This document shows positions 7,391 through 17,828 of a stretch of 64,000 nt of DNA, piece after piece. The notes under the pieces were generated by a model that was not told the origin of the DNA, did not search any database, and saw only the letters and a list, made by a program, of their open reading frames with translations. The position numbers and the translations under genes are program-made. The stretch comes from an uncultured Gemmatimonadales bacterium. Its GTDB lineage: Bacteria; Gemmatimonadota; Gemmatimonadetes; Gemmatimonadales; GWC2-71-9. Each line of letters opens with the position of its first letter. Position 1 is the stretch's first letter. The stretch covers positions 320,001 through 384,000 of the forward strand of contig CAVSQW010000007.1 of assembly GCA_963730185.1 (NCBI GenBank). The letters are read 5' to 3'.

Positions 7391-9832
7391 TTATCGGGGC
7401 AGGCCCATCGCCTTCCGCAGGGCGAGGTACCGGGGGGTCTGCCCCAGGGTTTGGCGGACCGACCGGAAGTTGAGGGCGGAGACGCCCGGGGCGGATCGGA
7501 GCCGGACCACCTCTTCGAAGGCGGCCAGTGATCGGTCGCGCTCGTCCGCGGCGGCATAGAGCCACCCCTGGCGGGCGGCATCGAGTCCCGGGTTGGGCGA
7601 TCGGATCGCGTCGATGGCGCGAAGCAGCTCGGGCTTCCGGCTTGGGTCTGCGGCGTAGTGGCCCAGGGCCCGGCCGACCTCGGTCATCGCCGGGCTGCCC
7701 ACCCGCGCCAACGCGTGGGCCATGCCGGCCAGGTCGCCCTGGGCGGCGGCCGTCTCGGCCAACTCGACCTGGGGGATGACCCAGTCGGGTTGGAGGGCCA
7801 GTGCCAGGCTGTCGCTCGCGATAGCCTCGGCGAAGCGGCCGAGCTGACCGAGGCTCTCCGCGAGGCCGGCTCGGGCGCCAGGGGCGGTCGGCTCGAGCTG
7901 CACGGCGCGCTGGGCCTCCGTCAGCGACTCGTCGTAGCGCTGCAGGAAGATCAGGAGGCCGCTGTAGCCGGCGTGGGCCGGCGCGTAGTCCGGGTCCAGC
8001 TCGATTGCCCGCCGATACTCCCGCTCGGCCCCGGCCCAGTCCCAGGCGCCAAGCGCGAGGACGCTTGCCAACGATGCCCGGGCTTCGGCCAGCGTGCTGT
8101 CCAGGGCGATCGCCTGGCGGGCGGCGGCGCCGGCGCGGGCGAAGGCCACCGAATCCGTCACGAACCCGGTCGGCTCGAACGGGACGTTCCCGTACGCGTC
8201 GGCCAGGCCGGCGTACGCTCGGGCATAGCCTGGATCACGGGCCACCGCCCGCTCGAATTCGGCGATTGCCTGCTCCACCGCCTGCGGAGTCCGCTGTTTC
8301 AGGTGGAAGCGTCCCAGCAGATAGGCGTCGTGGGCCTCGGCGTCCGACGTCTCCAGCCGGGTCAGGGCCCTCCGTTCCCCCGCCAGCAACGTGACCCCGC
8401 ACGCCGACGCAACCTGCTCGGCGATCTGGGCTTGGATGTCGAAGATTTCACCCGGTGCGAGCCCGGCCGTGTACCGACCGGTCCACACCTGGGTCTCGTC
8501 GTCGATCCGGATCAGCTCCGGCGTCACCCGAACCTGCCCGGTGCCGCTCCGCCCCCCTTCGGCCCGGATGGTGCCGGCCAGGATGTAGTCCACCCCCAGC
8601 TCGGTCCCGATCTGGTGGACCGTGCGGGTCGAGCCCTGGTAGCGGAGTGCCGTGGTCCGCGAGATGACCCCGATCCCGGAGACTGCGCCGAGTCGAGAGG
8701 TGATCTCTTCGGTGACGCCGTCCGCGAAGTAGTCTTCGTCGGCTGATCCGGTATTCCGGAAGGGCAGCACCGCCACCAGTGGCCGGCCGGAATGGGGCTG
8801 TTGCGGGTGCCTGATGACGGCGATCGCTAGGGCCACCAGCCCGATACCCACGACCGCGCCGACCGCCGCCAAGAGCCGTCCCCGGCGCGAGTGGCCCGGA
8901 CCGGGTCGGGTCGCTCCCCCGCCGGCCGCCGCGGCCGCCAGCGCCTCCGCGAAGCTCCGGGCCGAGTCGAAGCGGTCGGCAGGCGCTCGGGCCAAGGCTC
9001 GGGTCAGGACCGTTTCGAGGGCTGCGCTTACGGTTGGCCGGAGCACCGAGATCCGGGGCACCGGTTCCAGTAAGCGCTTGGCGGTGATCGCCTGGGCGGT
9101 TGCCCCATTGTACGGCGGCTCGCCGGCGAGCATCTCGTAGAGCACGCAGCCGAGCGAGTAGACGTCGCTTCGCCGGTCCACGTCAGGTCCGCCGCTTGCT
9201 TGCTCGGGACTCATGTAGGCTGGGGTCCCGATGGCCAGACCGGTCAGCGTCAGCTTGTCCTCCCCCGCGACCGCTGCTGCCCGGGCAATGCCGAAATCGG
9301 TCACCACCGCGTGACCACCATCGATCAGGATGTTTTCCGGCTTGATGTCCCGGTGCACGATGCCGTGGTCGTGGGCGTAGCTCAGGGCGTCGGCCACCTC
9401 CCCGGTGAGCCGGAGTGCTTCGTCGATCGGCAGTTGACCTTGGTCCGTGAGGCGGTCGCGGAGCACCACCCCGTCCACCACGGGCATGACGTAGTAGAGG
9501 TAGCCGTCCGCTTCGCCGGAGTCGTAGAGCGGGACGAGATGAGGATGGCGGAGGGCGGCGGTCGTCTTGATCTCTCGGAGGAAGCGATCGGCCCCGAGGG
9601 CGACGGCCAACTCGGGCCGGAGCACTTTGACCGCGACGGAACGGTCATGGCGGCGGTCGTGGGCCAAGTACACGACCGCCATGCCGCCTTCGCCCAGCGG
9701 CCGTTCCAAGACGTAGCGGTCGGCCAGCGCCGCCGCCAAGCGAACGGGGACTTTGGGGTGGCTTCCCAGAACTGCCTCCAGACCGTCCGGGCGGGCGCCG
9801 GCTGGCGTCGGTCTGGACTCGGAAAAGATCAC
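7391..9832 (-). CDS. Ser/Thr protein kinase with TM, TolB-N-like domain and TPR repeats
   Basis: GEGGMA, VAVK, HRDIKPEN, DFG, GTPAYMSPEQ; TM helix; VAVLPF...YFADG.TEE; TPR-like repeats. Start uncertain. Confidence 0.92.
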   Translation of the reverse strand: MIFSESRPTPAGARPDGLEAVLGSHPKVPVRLAAALADRYVLERPLGEGGMAVVYLAHDRRHDRSVAVKVLRPELAVALGADRFLREIKTTAALRHPHLVPLYDSGEADGYLYYVMPVVDGVVLRDRLTDQGQLPIDEALRLTGEVADALSYAHDHGIVHRDIKPENILIDGGHAVVTDFGIARAAAVAGEDKLTLTGLAIGTPAYMSPEQASGGPDVDRRSDVYSLGCVLYEMLAGEPPYNGATAQAITAKRLLEPVPRISVLRPTVSAALETVLTRALARAPADRFDSARSFAEALAAAAAGGGATRPGPGHSRRGRLLAAVGAVVGIGLVALAIAVIRHPQQPHSGRPLVAVLPFRNTGSADEDYFADGVTEEITSRLGAVSGIGVISRTTALRYQGSTRTVHQIGTELGVDYILAGTIRAEGGRSGTGQVRVTPELIRIDDETQVWTGRYTAGLAPGEIFDIQAQIAEQVASACGVTLLAGERRALTRLETSDAEAHDAYLLGRFHLKQRTPQAVEQAIAEFERAVARDPGYARAYAGLADAYGNVPFEPTGFVTDSVAFARAGAAARQAIALDSTLAEARASLASVLALGAWDWAGAEREYRRAIELDPDYAPAHAGYSGLLIFLQRYDESLTEAQRAVQLEPTAPGARAGLAESLGQLGRFAEAIASDSLALALQPDWVIPQVELAETAAAQGDLAGMAHALARVGSPAMTEVGRALGHYAADPSRKPELLRAIDAIRSPNPGLDAARQGWLYAAADERDRSLAAFEEVVRLRSAPGVSALNFRSVRQTLGQTPRYLALRKAMGLPR

Positions 9833-9910
9833 CCGGCGCGGGGCTCCCGGCGAGGGGGTCGCCTGGGAGCCTGGCGCCGAGGTTGCCTTGGTCGCCCTGC
9901 TCCGCCCGCC

Positions 9911-11161
9911 TCACCCCACCTTCTTCTCTCCCGAGCCGAGCACCTGAAACACCACCGCCGCGAAGAGCAGGAGGCCTGCCGTCGCCACGAAGGGGGCGGT
10001 GTAGCCGCCGGTCCGGTCCACCAGCCAGCCGGTGATGGCCACGCCCACGATCCCGGGAACCGTCGCGAAGGTGTTGCTGATGCCCCAGATCACGTCGGCG
10101 TGCCGGGGCGCCACGTCGAAGCTGTTGACCGCGAACCCGGCGAACGAGAAGGCCGCGGTGCCCGTGGCGCCGCACATCAGGAGGAGGCCTGCCGTCACGG
10201 ACCCCGCCGTTCCCAGGAGGAGCAGGAAGATCGCCGGGCCGACGAACCCGATGCCCTGGATGAACTTTCGAGTAAAGGTGACGCTCCGTCCCGACGCGAT
10301 CATCCGGTCGGCCAGGACGCCTCCGACGTTCGCCATCAGGAAGCTCACCAGCCAGGGCGCCGCCGAGAGGAGTCCGGCGTCGGCGATCCCCACTCCGAAG
10401 GTCGACTTGAAGTAGCTCGGCAGCCATGCCAGGAGGACGTACAGCCCCCAGTTGTTGCAGAAGTGGGCGACGATGATGGCCCAGACGGCCGGCGCGGCGA
10501 GCAGCCTTCGCCAGGGGATCGCCCGCTCGGTGGGCGGGAGCTCGGGCTCCACGTCGGGCGAGCGGCCGCTACCGACCCGAGCGAACCAGACCACCGCCCA
10601 CACCAGCCCCACCAGCCCGAAGAGGTAGAACGGCACCGGCCAGCCGTAGGCCCGCACCAGCCATCCGGTGATCGGCAGCGAGAAGAGGGTGCCCAGGGAG
10701 AGCCCGCTGGTAAAGAGCGCCACCGCCCGGGAGCGGGCGGCCGGCGGTACCCAGCGGCCCATCATGTTGATCGAGGCCGGGAAGACCGCCGCCTCACCCA
10801 AGCCCAGGGCGATCCGGGCCGCGATCAGCACTCCCAGCGAGATGGACGCGGCCGGCGGGGTGAGCATCGTGAAGATCGACCACCAGAGCACGGCCGCGCC
10901 GAGGACGATCTTCCCGCCGTACCGGTTGGCCAGCGTCCCGCTCACCACCTGGAGCACCAGGTAGCCGATGAAGAACGAGGAGAGGACGAAGCCCTTGGTG
11001 GTCTCGTCCCATCCGAACTGGTCCTTCATCGCGATCGACGCGACCGAGATGTTGGTCCGATCGATGTAGGAGATGAAGACCGCCGCAAAGCAGAGCGCGA
11101 CGACGGTGTGCCCCGCCGTCCAGCGGCGGGCGGGCGCACCCCTCTTGGCGGCGGTGGTCAT
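9911..11161 (-). CDS. ACS (SLC17-like) MFS transporter
   Basis: YIDRTNIS, SSFFIGY, RIALGLGEA, AIIVAHFCNNWG...WLPSYF, GISNTFATVPG. Confidence 0.9.
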   Translation of the reverse strand: MTTAAKRGAPARRWTAGHTVVALCFAAVFISYIDRTNISVASIAMKDQFGWDETTKGFVLSSFFIGYLVLQVVSGTLANRYGGKIVLGAAVLWWSIFTMLTPPAASISLGVLIAARIALGLGEAAVFPASINMMGRWVPPAARSRAVALFTSGLSLGTLFSLPITGWLVRAYGWPVPFYLFGLVGLVWAVVWFARVGSGRSPDVEPELPPTERAIPWRRLLAAPAVWAIIVAHFCNNWGLYVLLAWLPSYFKSTFGVGIADAGLLSAAPWLVSFLMANVGGVLADRMIASGRSVTFTRKFIQGIGFVGPAIFLLLLGTAGSVTAGLLLMCGATGTAAFSFAGFAVNSFDVAPRHADVIWGISNTFATVPGIVGVAITGWLVDRTGGYTAPFVATAGLLLFAAVVFQVLGSGEKKVG

Positions 11162-11168
11162 CGCTGAC

Positions 11169-14100
11169 CTACTCCTTTGGCAGGGTCAGGGTCGGCTGGC
11201 CCGCCTGGCGTCGCTTGGCGTTGACGGCGGCGAGGCTGGTCGTCGAGAGTGTGGTCCACCGCTTCATGACGTCGGCCGAGGCGGTCCGGGCCCGGCGGCA
11301 AGCGGCAACCTGCGCCGCGGTAGGCGCGAGGTCGGCGCCTTGCATGGCCATCGCGGCGCCCATCAGGTCTTCGCTGGCCGAAGCCAGGGTGGGCGGACCC
11401 GACGGTCCGCGGCGCCGGAAGAACCGGGGCCGGTTGTCCGGCGCCGGCGCCACGGCCTCCACCTGCTGCTTGAACCCGTCGAGATCACCGCCGCCCACCC
11501 GGTCGATCTCGGCCAGCAGGGCCCGAGCCCGCCGGTAAGCGTCATGCGTGGCGATCGCTCCATCGTACATCTCGCGGGAGAGGGCCGCCAGTTGCCGGAG
11601 CCCGGCCGCCGAGGTCTTGACCCTGGGGTCGAGCTCGAGGGTGAGGGGCTGGCTGACCGTGGTGCCGCCCGCCGTGAGCCGGACGGTGTAGCGGCCGGCC
11701 GGCGCCCACGGGGCCTCGACCGCCGGATAGGTGTGGTGGGGCACCGCGCCGGTCGCCTCCTCGTCGCCGGCCTCGTCGATGTTCTGGACCGCGATCGGCT
11801 GATAGTGGAGGTCCCACCAGACGCGGTGCATGCCCGCCCTGGTGGACATGTCCAGCGCCGGCGCGGGCCAGTAGAGCGGGAGCCCGCAGTCGGTCGCGGT
11901 CGGCTTCTTCCGGCAGACCTGGTCGTAGGCTTCGGGGTCGAGCGCCGGATCGGGATCGAGCTTCGGATCATCGCTCGAGTAGGTCCGGACGACTTTCCCC
12001 GCCGCGTCGACGATCGCCATCGTCACCGGGCCGGACACGGCGCTCGGCAGGTAGTAGTCGAGGATGCCGCCCGGGGGAGGGTTCTCGCCGGCTGGGACCT
12101 CGGGCGGCCACGGGGTCGGATCGTTGGTGCCGAACCGGACCCGCACCGCCACGATCGGCTTGACCAGGTAGGGGGTGTTCGAGGCCCGCGCGGCCCGGAT
12201 CGCGGCCGCCTGCCGGAGCGGGGTCAGATCGTCGAGGATCCAGAAGCCGCGTCCGTGGGTGCCGGCGACCAGGTCGGCGCAGAGGCAGGTGCTGTCGTCC
12301 TTGACCTGGATGTCGCGGACCGAGATGGCTGGCATGTTGAGCCGGAGCGATTCCCAGTGATCGCCGTCGTCGTACGAGACCCAGACCTGGGTGTCGGTCG
12401 AGGCGTAGAGGAGCCCCTTCACCCGGGGATCCTCACGGATCGAGTTGGCCACCGCGCCCGGCGCGATGCCCTGGTCGATCTCGGTCCAGGTCTTCCCGCC
12501 GTCGTGGGTCCGCCAGAAGTGCGGATTCATGTCGTCGATCCGCATGGTGTTGGCGGCGGCGTAGGCGGTCCGGGTATCGAAGTGCCCGGCGTCCAGATTG
12601 AAGATCCGGGTCCACGGCCTGATCTCGGGCGGGGTCACGTTGCTCCAGCTGGTCCCGCCGTTCCAGGTGACCTGGAGATAGCCGTCGTCGGTGCCGGCCC
12701 AGATCACGTTGACGCTTCGCGGCGACGGCGCGAGCGCCGTGATGGTTCCCCGAGGGCCCGGCGTGATCGAGCTGGCGTACTGGCCGGCCGTCTGGGGAAT
12801 CTCCCACGTCTGCCGGGCCAGATCGGGGCTGATCCGGGTCCAGGTCTTGGCGTGGTCGACCGACTTCCAGACCACGTTCGAGGTGTAGTAGAGGATGCTC
12901 GGGTCGACCGGCGACCAGTTGATCGGCATGGTCCGAACGTTCCGGCCGTACTGGTCGCCCCGGGCCTCGGCGTCCGGCCCCACGTAGGTCGTCTGTCCGG
13001 TGGTCCGGTCGTAGAGCGACACGTTGGAGCGCATGCTGCCGTAGACCCAGTCGGGGTGCTTCGGGTCGGGCGCCGCGATCCCGTACTCCTGGATGTTGAC
13101 CGGATGCCAGTCGTGGAAGGTGATCGCGCCGTCGTTGGACCGGCTGTCGACGCAGGCCGAGCCGGAGTCCTGCTGCCCGCCGCAGAGGCGGTAGGGGAAG
13201 CTGTTGTCGGCGGTGACGTGATACATCGCCGCGGTTGGCTGAGTGTACCAGTTGCTCCACGACTTCCCCCGATTGGCCGAGACCACGGCGCCCTGGTCCG
13301 AGACGGCCAGAATGACGTTGGTGAAGGCCGGGTTGATCCAGATCTTCTGGTAGTCGTCGCCGCCGGGCGAGCCGCGGACCGCCGACCAGGTGAGGCCGCC
13401 GTCCTCGGTCCGCCACATCACCACCGAGGCGCTGTAGACCACGTTCGGATTCTTGGGGTCGATGGCGATGGTCGGCAGGTCGCCGCCGCCGATCCGGCGG
13501 AGCGGCCGCTGATCCTCGGTCGCGTCCGGCGACCCGCCCGGCCCGTGGACCGCGACGTGCCAATGCTCACCCGCGTCGGTCGACTGGTAGAACCGGACCG
13601 GTCCCGACCGCCCGTTCTCGCCGGCCGAGGCCGCCATCGCGTAGAGAACCGACGGGTCGCTGGGCGCCACGGCGATGTTGGCTTGGAGCACGGACGGCAG
13701 CCCGTCGGTCAGCTGGTGCCAGGTGGTGCCTCCGTCGGTCGACTTGAAGATGCCGTTCCCGCCGCCGCCGAAGTCGCCGCCCTCCCAGAAGGCCTCCTGC
13801 TGCTGCCAGAGCGTGGCGTAGACGGTGTTGGGGTCGGCGGGCGAGATCCGGACGTCGTTCCCGCTGGTATACTCGTCCTTGTAGAGCACCTTCTGGAACG
13901 TCTGCCCGCCGTCGAGCGAGCGGAAGATCCCGCGCTCCGGGTTGGGCCCGTAGGGGTGCCCCAGCGCGGCGACGAACAGTCGCTCCGGGTTGGTCGGGTC
14001 GACGTCGATCATTGCGATCATCTGGGTCTCACGGAGCCCCAGGTGGGTCCAGGTCTTCCCGGCGTCGGTCGACTTGTAGACGCCGTCGCCGGTGGCCAGA

Positions 14101-14444
14101 TCGGGCCGGATGATCCCGGCCCCGCTTCCGACGTAGATGACGTTCGGGTCGCTGGGCGCCACCGCGATCGCGCCGATCGAGCCGGTGGGCTCGTGGTCGA
14201 AGAGCGGCTCCCAGTTGGAGCCGTAGTCGGTGGAGCGCCAGACGCCGCCGTTGTCGTACCCCACGTAGAACAGGTTGGGCTCGCCGGCGACGCCGGAGAG
14301 TGCCCGGGCCCGGCCGGCGCGGGTGGGCCCGATGGCGCGCCAGTGCATGGCCGAGGGGATGTCGGGGCTCTGGGCGGCGAGGTCGGTGACGAGGCCGGCG
14401 GCGCCGGCCAGGACGAGCGAAGCGCGAAGCAAGCTGAGACGCAC
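11169..14444 (-). CDS. BNR/Asp-box (VPS10-like) glycosyl hydrolase-like secreted protein
   Basis: Signal peptide; WRAIGP.RAGR; repeated S.D.G.TW Asp boxes; GGQQDSG; ATHGRG-like motif (GTHGRGFWILDD). GTG start at 14444 preferred. Confidence 0.88.
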   Translation of the reverse strand: MRLSLLRASLVLAGAAGLVTDLAAQSPDIPSAMHWRAIGPTRAGRARALSGVAGEPNLFYVGYDNGGVWRSTDYGSNWEPLFDHEPTGSIGAIAVAPSDPNVIYVGSGAGIIRPDLATGDGVYKSTDAGKTWTHLGLRETQMIAMIDVDPTNPERLFVAALGHPYGPNPERGIFRSLDGGQTFQKVLYKDEYTSGNDVRISPADPNTVYATLWQQQEAFWEGGDFGGGGNGIFKSTDGGTTWHQLTDGLPSVLQANIAVAPSDPSVLYAMAASAGENGRSGPVRFYQSTDAGEHWHVAVHGPGGSPDATEDQRPLRRIGGGDLPTIAIDPKNPNVVYSASVVMWRTEDGGLTWSAVRGSPGGDDYQKIWINPAFTNVILAVSDQGAVVSANRGKSWSNWYTQPTAAMYHVTADNSFPYRLCGGQQDSGSACVDSRSNDGAITFHDWHPVNIQEYGIAAPDPKHPDWVYGSMRSNVSLYDRTTGQTTYVGPDAEARGDQYGRNVRTMPINWSPVDPSILYYTSNVVWKSVDHAKTWTRISPDLARQTWEIPQTAGQYASSITPGPRGTITALAPSPRSVNVIWAGTDDGYLQVTWNGGTSWSNVTPPEIRPWTRIFNLDAGHFDTRTAYAAANTMRIDDMNPHFWRTHDGGKTWTEIDQGIAPGAVANSIREDPRVKGLLYASTDTQVWVSYDDGDHWESLRLNMPAISVRDIQVKDDSTCLCADLVAGTHGRGFWILDDLTPLRQAAAIRAARASNTPYLVKPIVAVRVRFGTNDPTPWPPEVPAGENPPPGGILDYYLPSAVSGPVTMAIVDAAGKVVRTYSSDDPKLDPDPALDPEAYDQVCRKKPTATDCGLPLYWPAPALDMSTRAGMHRVWWDLHYQPIAVQNIDEAGDEEATGAVPHHTYPAVEAPWAPAGRYTVRLTAGGTTVSQPLTLELDPRVKTSAAGLRQLAALSREMYDGAIATHDAYRRARALLAEIDRVGGGDLDGFKQQVEAVAPAPDNRPRFFRRRGPSGPPTLASASEDLMGAAMAMQGADLAPTAAQVAACRRARTASADVMKRWTTLSTTSLAAVNAKRRQAGQPTLTLPKE

Positions 14445-14650
14445 GGAATCCGCCTTTCGGGTTGACCCGTGGAGTGTGTCGAGGGCTTTCGTCCTGCGGT
14501 GCTGCCTCAGGAACATAGCGCGGGCCGGTAGGCCCCGGGCCCCCGGCCCGCCCCGACGCGGCCGATTGGGATTCCATGCCCCCCGGGCCCCCTGCGATAC
14601 TACCGGAGCCTCCAACGCTGCGTCCTGAACCGGACTCCGGAGCTCCTCCC

Positions 14651-15430
14651 ATGTCGCCGTGCCGCCGCCCCCCCGACAGTCTGCCCCGGTCGCCCTCGCC
14701 GCGCCGGCCGCCCCTCGTCGTCCTCCTCCTCCTGCTTTCGGCCTGCGGGGGGACGGCGGCCATCCCGCCGGCGGCCGCGCCCCGTCCCGCGGCCAGGCTC
14801 TCGCCCGCGCTCCACTGGGTCCGGAACTCGGCCGAGTACCGGGCGATCACCCTCGAGGTCTACCGCCTGGCCGCGAGCCGGCTGGAGCTGGCGGTGAGCG
14901 GGCTCGCGACCGGCACCTGGGGGGTGATCATGGATGCCGACGAGACCATGCTCGACAACAGCGAGTACCAACGACGGCTCGACGTGTCGGGCGGGCGGTT
15001 CAGCGAGACGACCTGGGCGGCGTGGGTCCGGGAACGGGCGGCCACCCTGGTGCCCGGCGCGCTCGAGTTCACCCAGCGGGTGCACCAGCTGGGCGGCCGG
15101 CTGGCCGTGGTCACCAACCGGGCCGACTCGCTCTGCGCCCCGACCCGCGAGAACCTGGCGGCCGTCGGGGTCCAGGCCGACGTGGTGCTCTGCCAACCCG
15201 AAGGCCAGAGCGACAAGAATCCGCGGTTCGAGCGGGTCCAGAACGGCACCGCCGCGCCCGGGCTCCCGGCGCTCACCATCGTCGAATGGCTGGGCGACAA
15301 CATCCAGGACTTCCCGAGCCTCACCCAGGCCGTCCGCGACGACCCGGCTGCGCTCTCGTCCTTCGGGGTCCGGTTCTTCGCGCTTCCCAACCCGGTTTAT
15401 GGTTCCTGGCAGCGGAACCCGGAGCATTAG
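14651..15430 (+). CDS. HAD class C acid phosphatase / 5'-nucleotidase, lipoprotein e(P4) family
   Basis: Lipobox LSAC; DADET.LDNS, VTNR, GDNIQDF, LPNPVYGSW. Confidence 0.9.
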   Translation: MSPCRRPPDSLPRSPSPRRPPLVVLLLLLSACGGTAAIPPAAAPRPAARLSPALHWVRNSAEYRAITLEVYRLAASRLELAVSGLATGTWGVIMDADETMLDNSEYQRRLDVSGGRFSETTWAAWVRERAATLVPGALEFTQRVHQLGGRLAVVTNRADSLCAPTRENLAAVGVQADVVLCQPEGQSDKNPRFERVQNGTAAPGLPALTIVEWLGDNIQDFPSLTQAVRDDPAALSSFGVRFFALPNPVYGSWQRNPEH

Positions 15431-15451
15431 GCGCCTGCCGGCCCGGCCCGG

Positions 15452-16858
15452 CTAGGGGAAGATCCCCAGCTCCTCGTACGCCCGGGCTACCTTGTCGATC
15501 GCGCTGATGAACGCCGCGGTCCGGAGATCGACCGGATCCGGCTGCGCCTGCTGGATGGTCCGGATCTCGTGGAACGCCGTGACCATCGACTCCTCGAGCC
15601 CCGAGTTGACCAGGTCTTCCTCGTCCGGTCCGTCCGTGTAGCGGTGCCGCTCCTCGTCGGTGAAGCGTACCGTCGTCGCTTGCTCGATCGCGCCCAGCAG
15701 CCGTCGAAAGGCGCCCTCCTCGTACCGCTTCTGCATCCGCCCGAAGCGGACGTGGGAGAGGTTCTTGAGCCACTCGAAGTAGGAGACGATCACACCCCCG
15801 GCGTTGAGCCAGACGTCGGGGAGGATCAGGACCCCCCGGGCGATCAGCAGGGCCTCCGCCTCCGGAGTGGTGGGCCCGTTCGCCGCCTCGGCCAGGATCT
15901 TGGCCTTGATCCGCGGCGCGTTGTCCGCGGTGATCTGGTGCTCGAGCGCCGCGGGCACCAGGAGGTCGCAATCGAGCTCGAGCGCGTCGGCGGACCGGGG
16001 AAGATCGGTCGCCCCGGGGAAGCCCAGCAGCGATCCGGTGGCCTGCCGGTGGGCGACGACCCGTTCCAGGTCGAGCCCCTTCGGATTGGCGATCGCCCCC
16101 TCGACCTCGGCCAGCCCGACGATCCGGGCCCCGGCCTCGGTCAGGAACTTGGCGGCGTGGTAGCCCACGTTCCCGAGTCCCTGAACCACCGCCCGCTTCC
16201 CGTCCACCCCGCGGCTCAGGCCCAACCGCTTCATGTCCTCCGCCACGTCGCACGCCTCACGGATCCCGAAGCACACCCCGCGGCCGGTGGCCTCGGTTCG
16301 GCCCATGATCCCGCCCTGCGAGATCGGCTTGGCCGTCACGCAGGCCATCGCGTCGAGCTCGCCCCCGGTCAGACTGGCGTAGGTGTCGGCCACCCACGCC
16401 ATTTCCCGTGACCCGGTCCCGAAGTCGGGCGCGGGCACGTCGACACCCGGACCGATGAACCGCTTCCGGACCAGCTCGTAGGTATAGCGGCGGGTGATCC
16501 GCTCCAGCTCCCGGTCGGAGTAGGCCCGCCGGTCGATTCGGACCCCGCCCTTCGCACCGCCGAAGGGCACGTTGACGATGGCGCACTTGTAGGTCATCAG
16601 CGCGGCCAGGGCCATCACCTCGTCGTCGCTCATCGCCAGGCTGTAACGGATCCCGCCCTTGGTGGGCAGCCGATGCTGGCTGTGCTCGGCCCGCCAGGCG
16701 TGGATCACCTCGATGCTGCCGTCGTCGCGGGCCAGCGGGAAGCTGACGTAGTAGACGCTGTTGCAGGTCCGGATCTGCTTGAGCAGCGTGGGGTCGCGGC
16801 GGGTAAGGCGGGCGGCGCGATCGAAGTAGGTGTTGACTTGTTCGGAGAACGTCGTCAT
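15452..16858 (-). CDS. gdhA: Glutamate dehydrogenase (Glu/Leu/Phe/Val family)
   Basis: [50 protein letters not shown]. Confidence 0.92.
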   Translation of the reverse strand: MTTFSEQVNTYFDRAARLTRRDPTLLKQIRTCNSVYYVSFPLARDDGSIEVIHAWRAEHSQHRLPTKGGIRYSLAMSDDEVMALAALMTYKCAIVNVPFGGAKGGVRIDRRAYSDRELERITRRYTYELVRKRFIGPGVDVPAPDFGTGSREMAWVADTYASLTGGELDAMACVTAKPISQGGIMGRTEATGRGVCFGIREACDVAEDMKRLGLSRGVDGKRAVVQGLGNVGYHAAKFLTEAGARIVGLAEVEGAIANPKGLDLERVVAHRQATGSLLGFPGATDLPRSADALELDCDLLVPAALEHQITADNAPRIKAKILAEAANGPTTPEAEALLIARGVLILPDVWLNAGGVIVSYFEWLKNLSHVRFGRMQKRYEEGAFRRLLGAIEQATTVRFTDEERHRYTDGPDEEDLVNSGLEESMVTAFHEIRTIQQAQPDPVDLRTAAFISAIDKVARAYEELGIFP

Positions 16859-16910
16859 GGGTGGCTCGTCCGAGGCGGTTCCCTGAAGGTAGCCCGGCGC
16901 CGCGCCGTTC

Positions 16911-17744
16911 TCACTGGTGAGAGTGCGATTGGTCCGGGAAGGTCCCGTCCCGGACTTCGTCGCCGAACCGCCCCACCGCGTCGCGCACCTGGGCCCCCAG
17001 CTCGGCGTACCGCTTGAGGAACTTGGGGCTGAAACCCTCGTTCAGCCCCAGCATGTCGTGGAGCACCAGCACCTGGCCGTCGCAGCCGGGCCCGGCCCCG
17101 ATCCCGATGGTGGGGACCGTCAGCGCCTTCGACACCCGCTCGGCCACCGCCGCCGGCACCAACTCGAGCACCAGGGCAAACACTCCGGCCGCCTCCAGCG
17201 CGAGCGCGTCCTCGATCATCCGCCCGGCGCCGGCGTCGTCGCGGCCTTGCACCCGATGTCCGCCTAACGCGTGGACGGACTGAGGCGTGAACCCCAGATG
17301 GCCCATCACCGGAATCCCGGCCTCGACCAGGGCCCGGATCGTGTCGACCCAGGCCCGGCCGCCCTCGAGCTTCACCGCGCCGCACCCGGTTCGCTTGAGC
17401 ACCCGGCCCGCGTTCCGCACCGCGTCGGGGATGGAGACCTGGTAGCTGAGGAAGGGCAGGTCGACCACCACCAGGGCGGAGCTCACCCCGCGCTTCACGC
17501 TCCGCCCGTGGTAGATCATCTGCCCCACGGTGGCGGGAATGGTCGTCGCTTCGCCCGCCAGCACCGGCGCCACCGAATCGCCCACCAGAATCACGTCGAC
17601 GCCGGCCTGGTCGACCAGTGCGCCGAACAGGGCGTCGTAGGCGGTCATCATCACGACCTTCCGACCGTCCCGCTTCATCGCGGCCAGGTCGAGCGTGGAG
17701 ACCCGCTTCCGCCCCTTGCCCTCTTTTTCGCCGAGATACGCCAT
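16911..17744 (-). CDS. panB: 3-methyl-2-oxobutanoate hydroxymethyltransferase
   Basis: [48 protein letters not shown]. Confidence 0.97.
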   Translation of the reverse strand: MAYLGEKEGKGRKRVSTLDLAAMKRDGRKVVMMTAYDALFGALVDQAGVDVILVGDSVAPVLAGEATTIPATVGQMIYHGRSVKRGVSSALVVVDLPFLSYQVSIPDAVRNAGRVLKRTGCGAVKLEGGRAWVDTIRALVEAGIPVMGHLGFTPQSVHALGGHRVQGRDDAGAGRMIEDALALEAAGVFALVLELVPAAVAERVSKALTVPTIGIGAGPGCDGQVLVLHDMLGLNEGFSPKFLKRYAELGAQVRDAVGRFGDEVRDGTFPDQSHSHQ

Positions 17745-17779
17745 GCCCCCTCCGTTGCCGTCACCCGAGTCCCTGGTGT

Positions 17780-17828
17780 CCCCCCCCGTCTCCCCCCCGT
17801 CCCCTCCCCGTCCCTCCCCGTCCCTCCC
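17780..17828. repeat. C-rich (minus-strand G-rich) ~10-bp tandem repeat
   Basis: Imperfect copies of CCCTCCCCGT between the ferredoxin stop and the panB RBS. Confidence 0.7.

Noticed and set aside
11073..14465. 1130-aa plus-strand ORF (and similar long antisense ORFs such as 52811-55708, 35537-37459, 9200-11167)
   Set aside because: Shadow frames of well-supported genes; expected at this GC content, and they carry no protein motifs.
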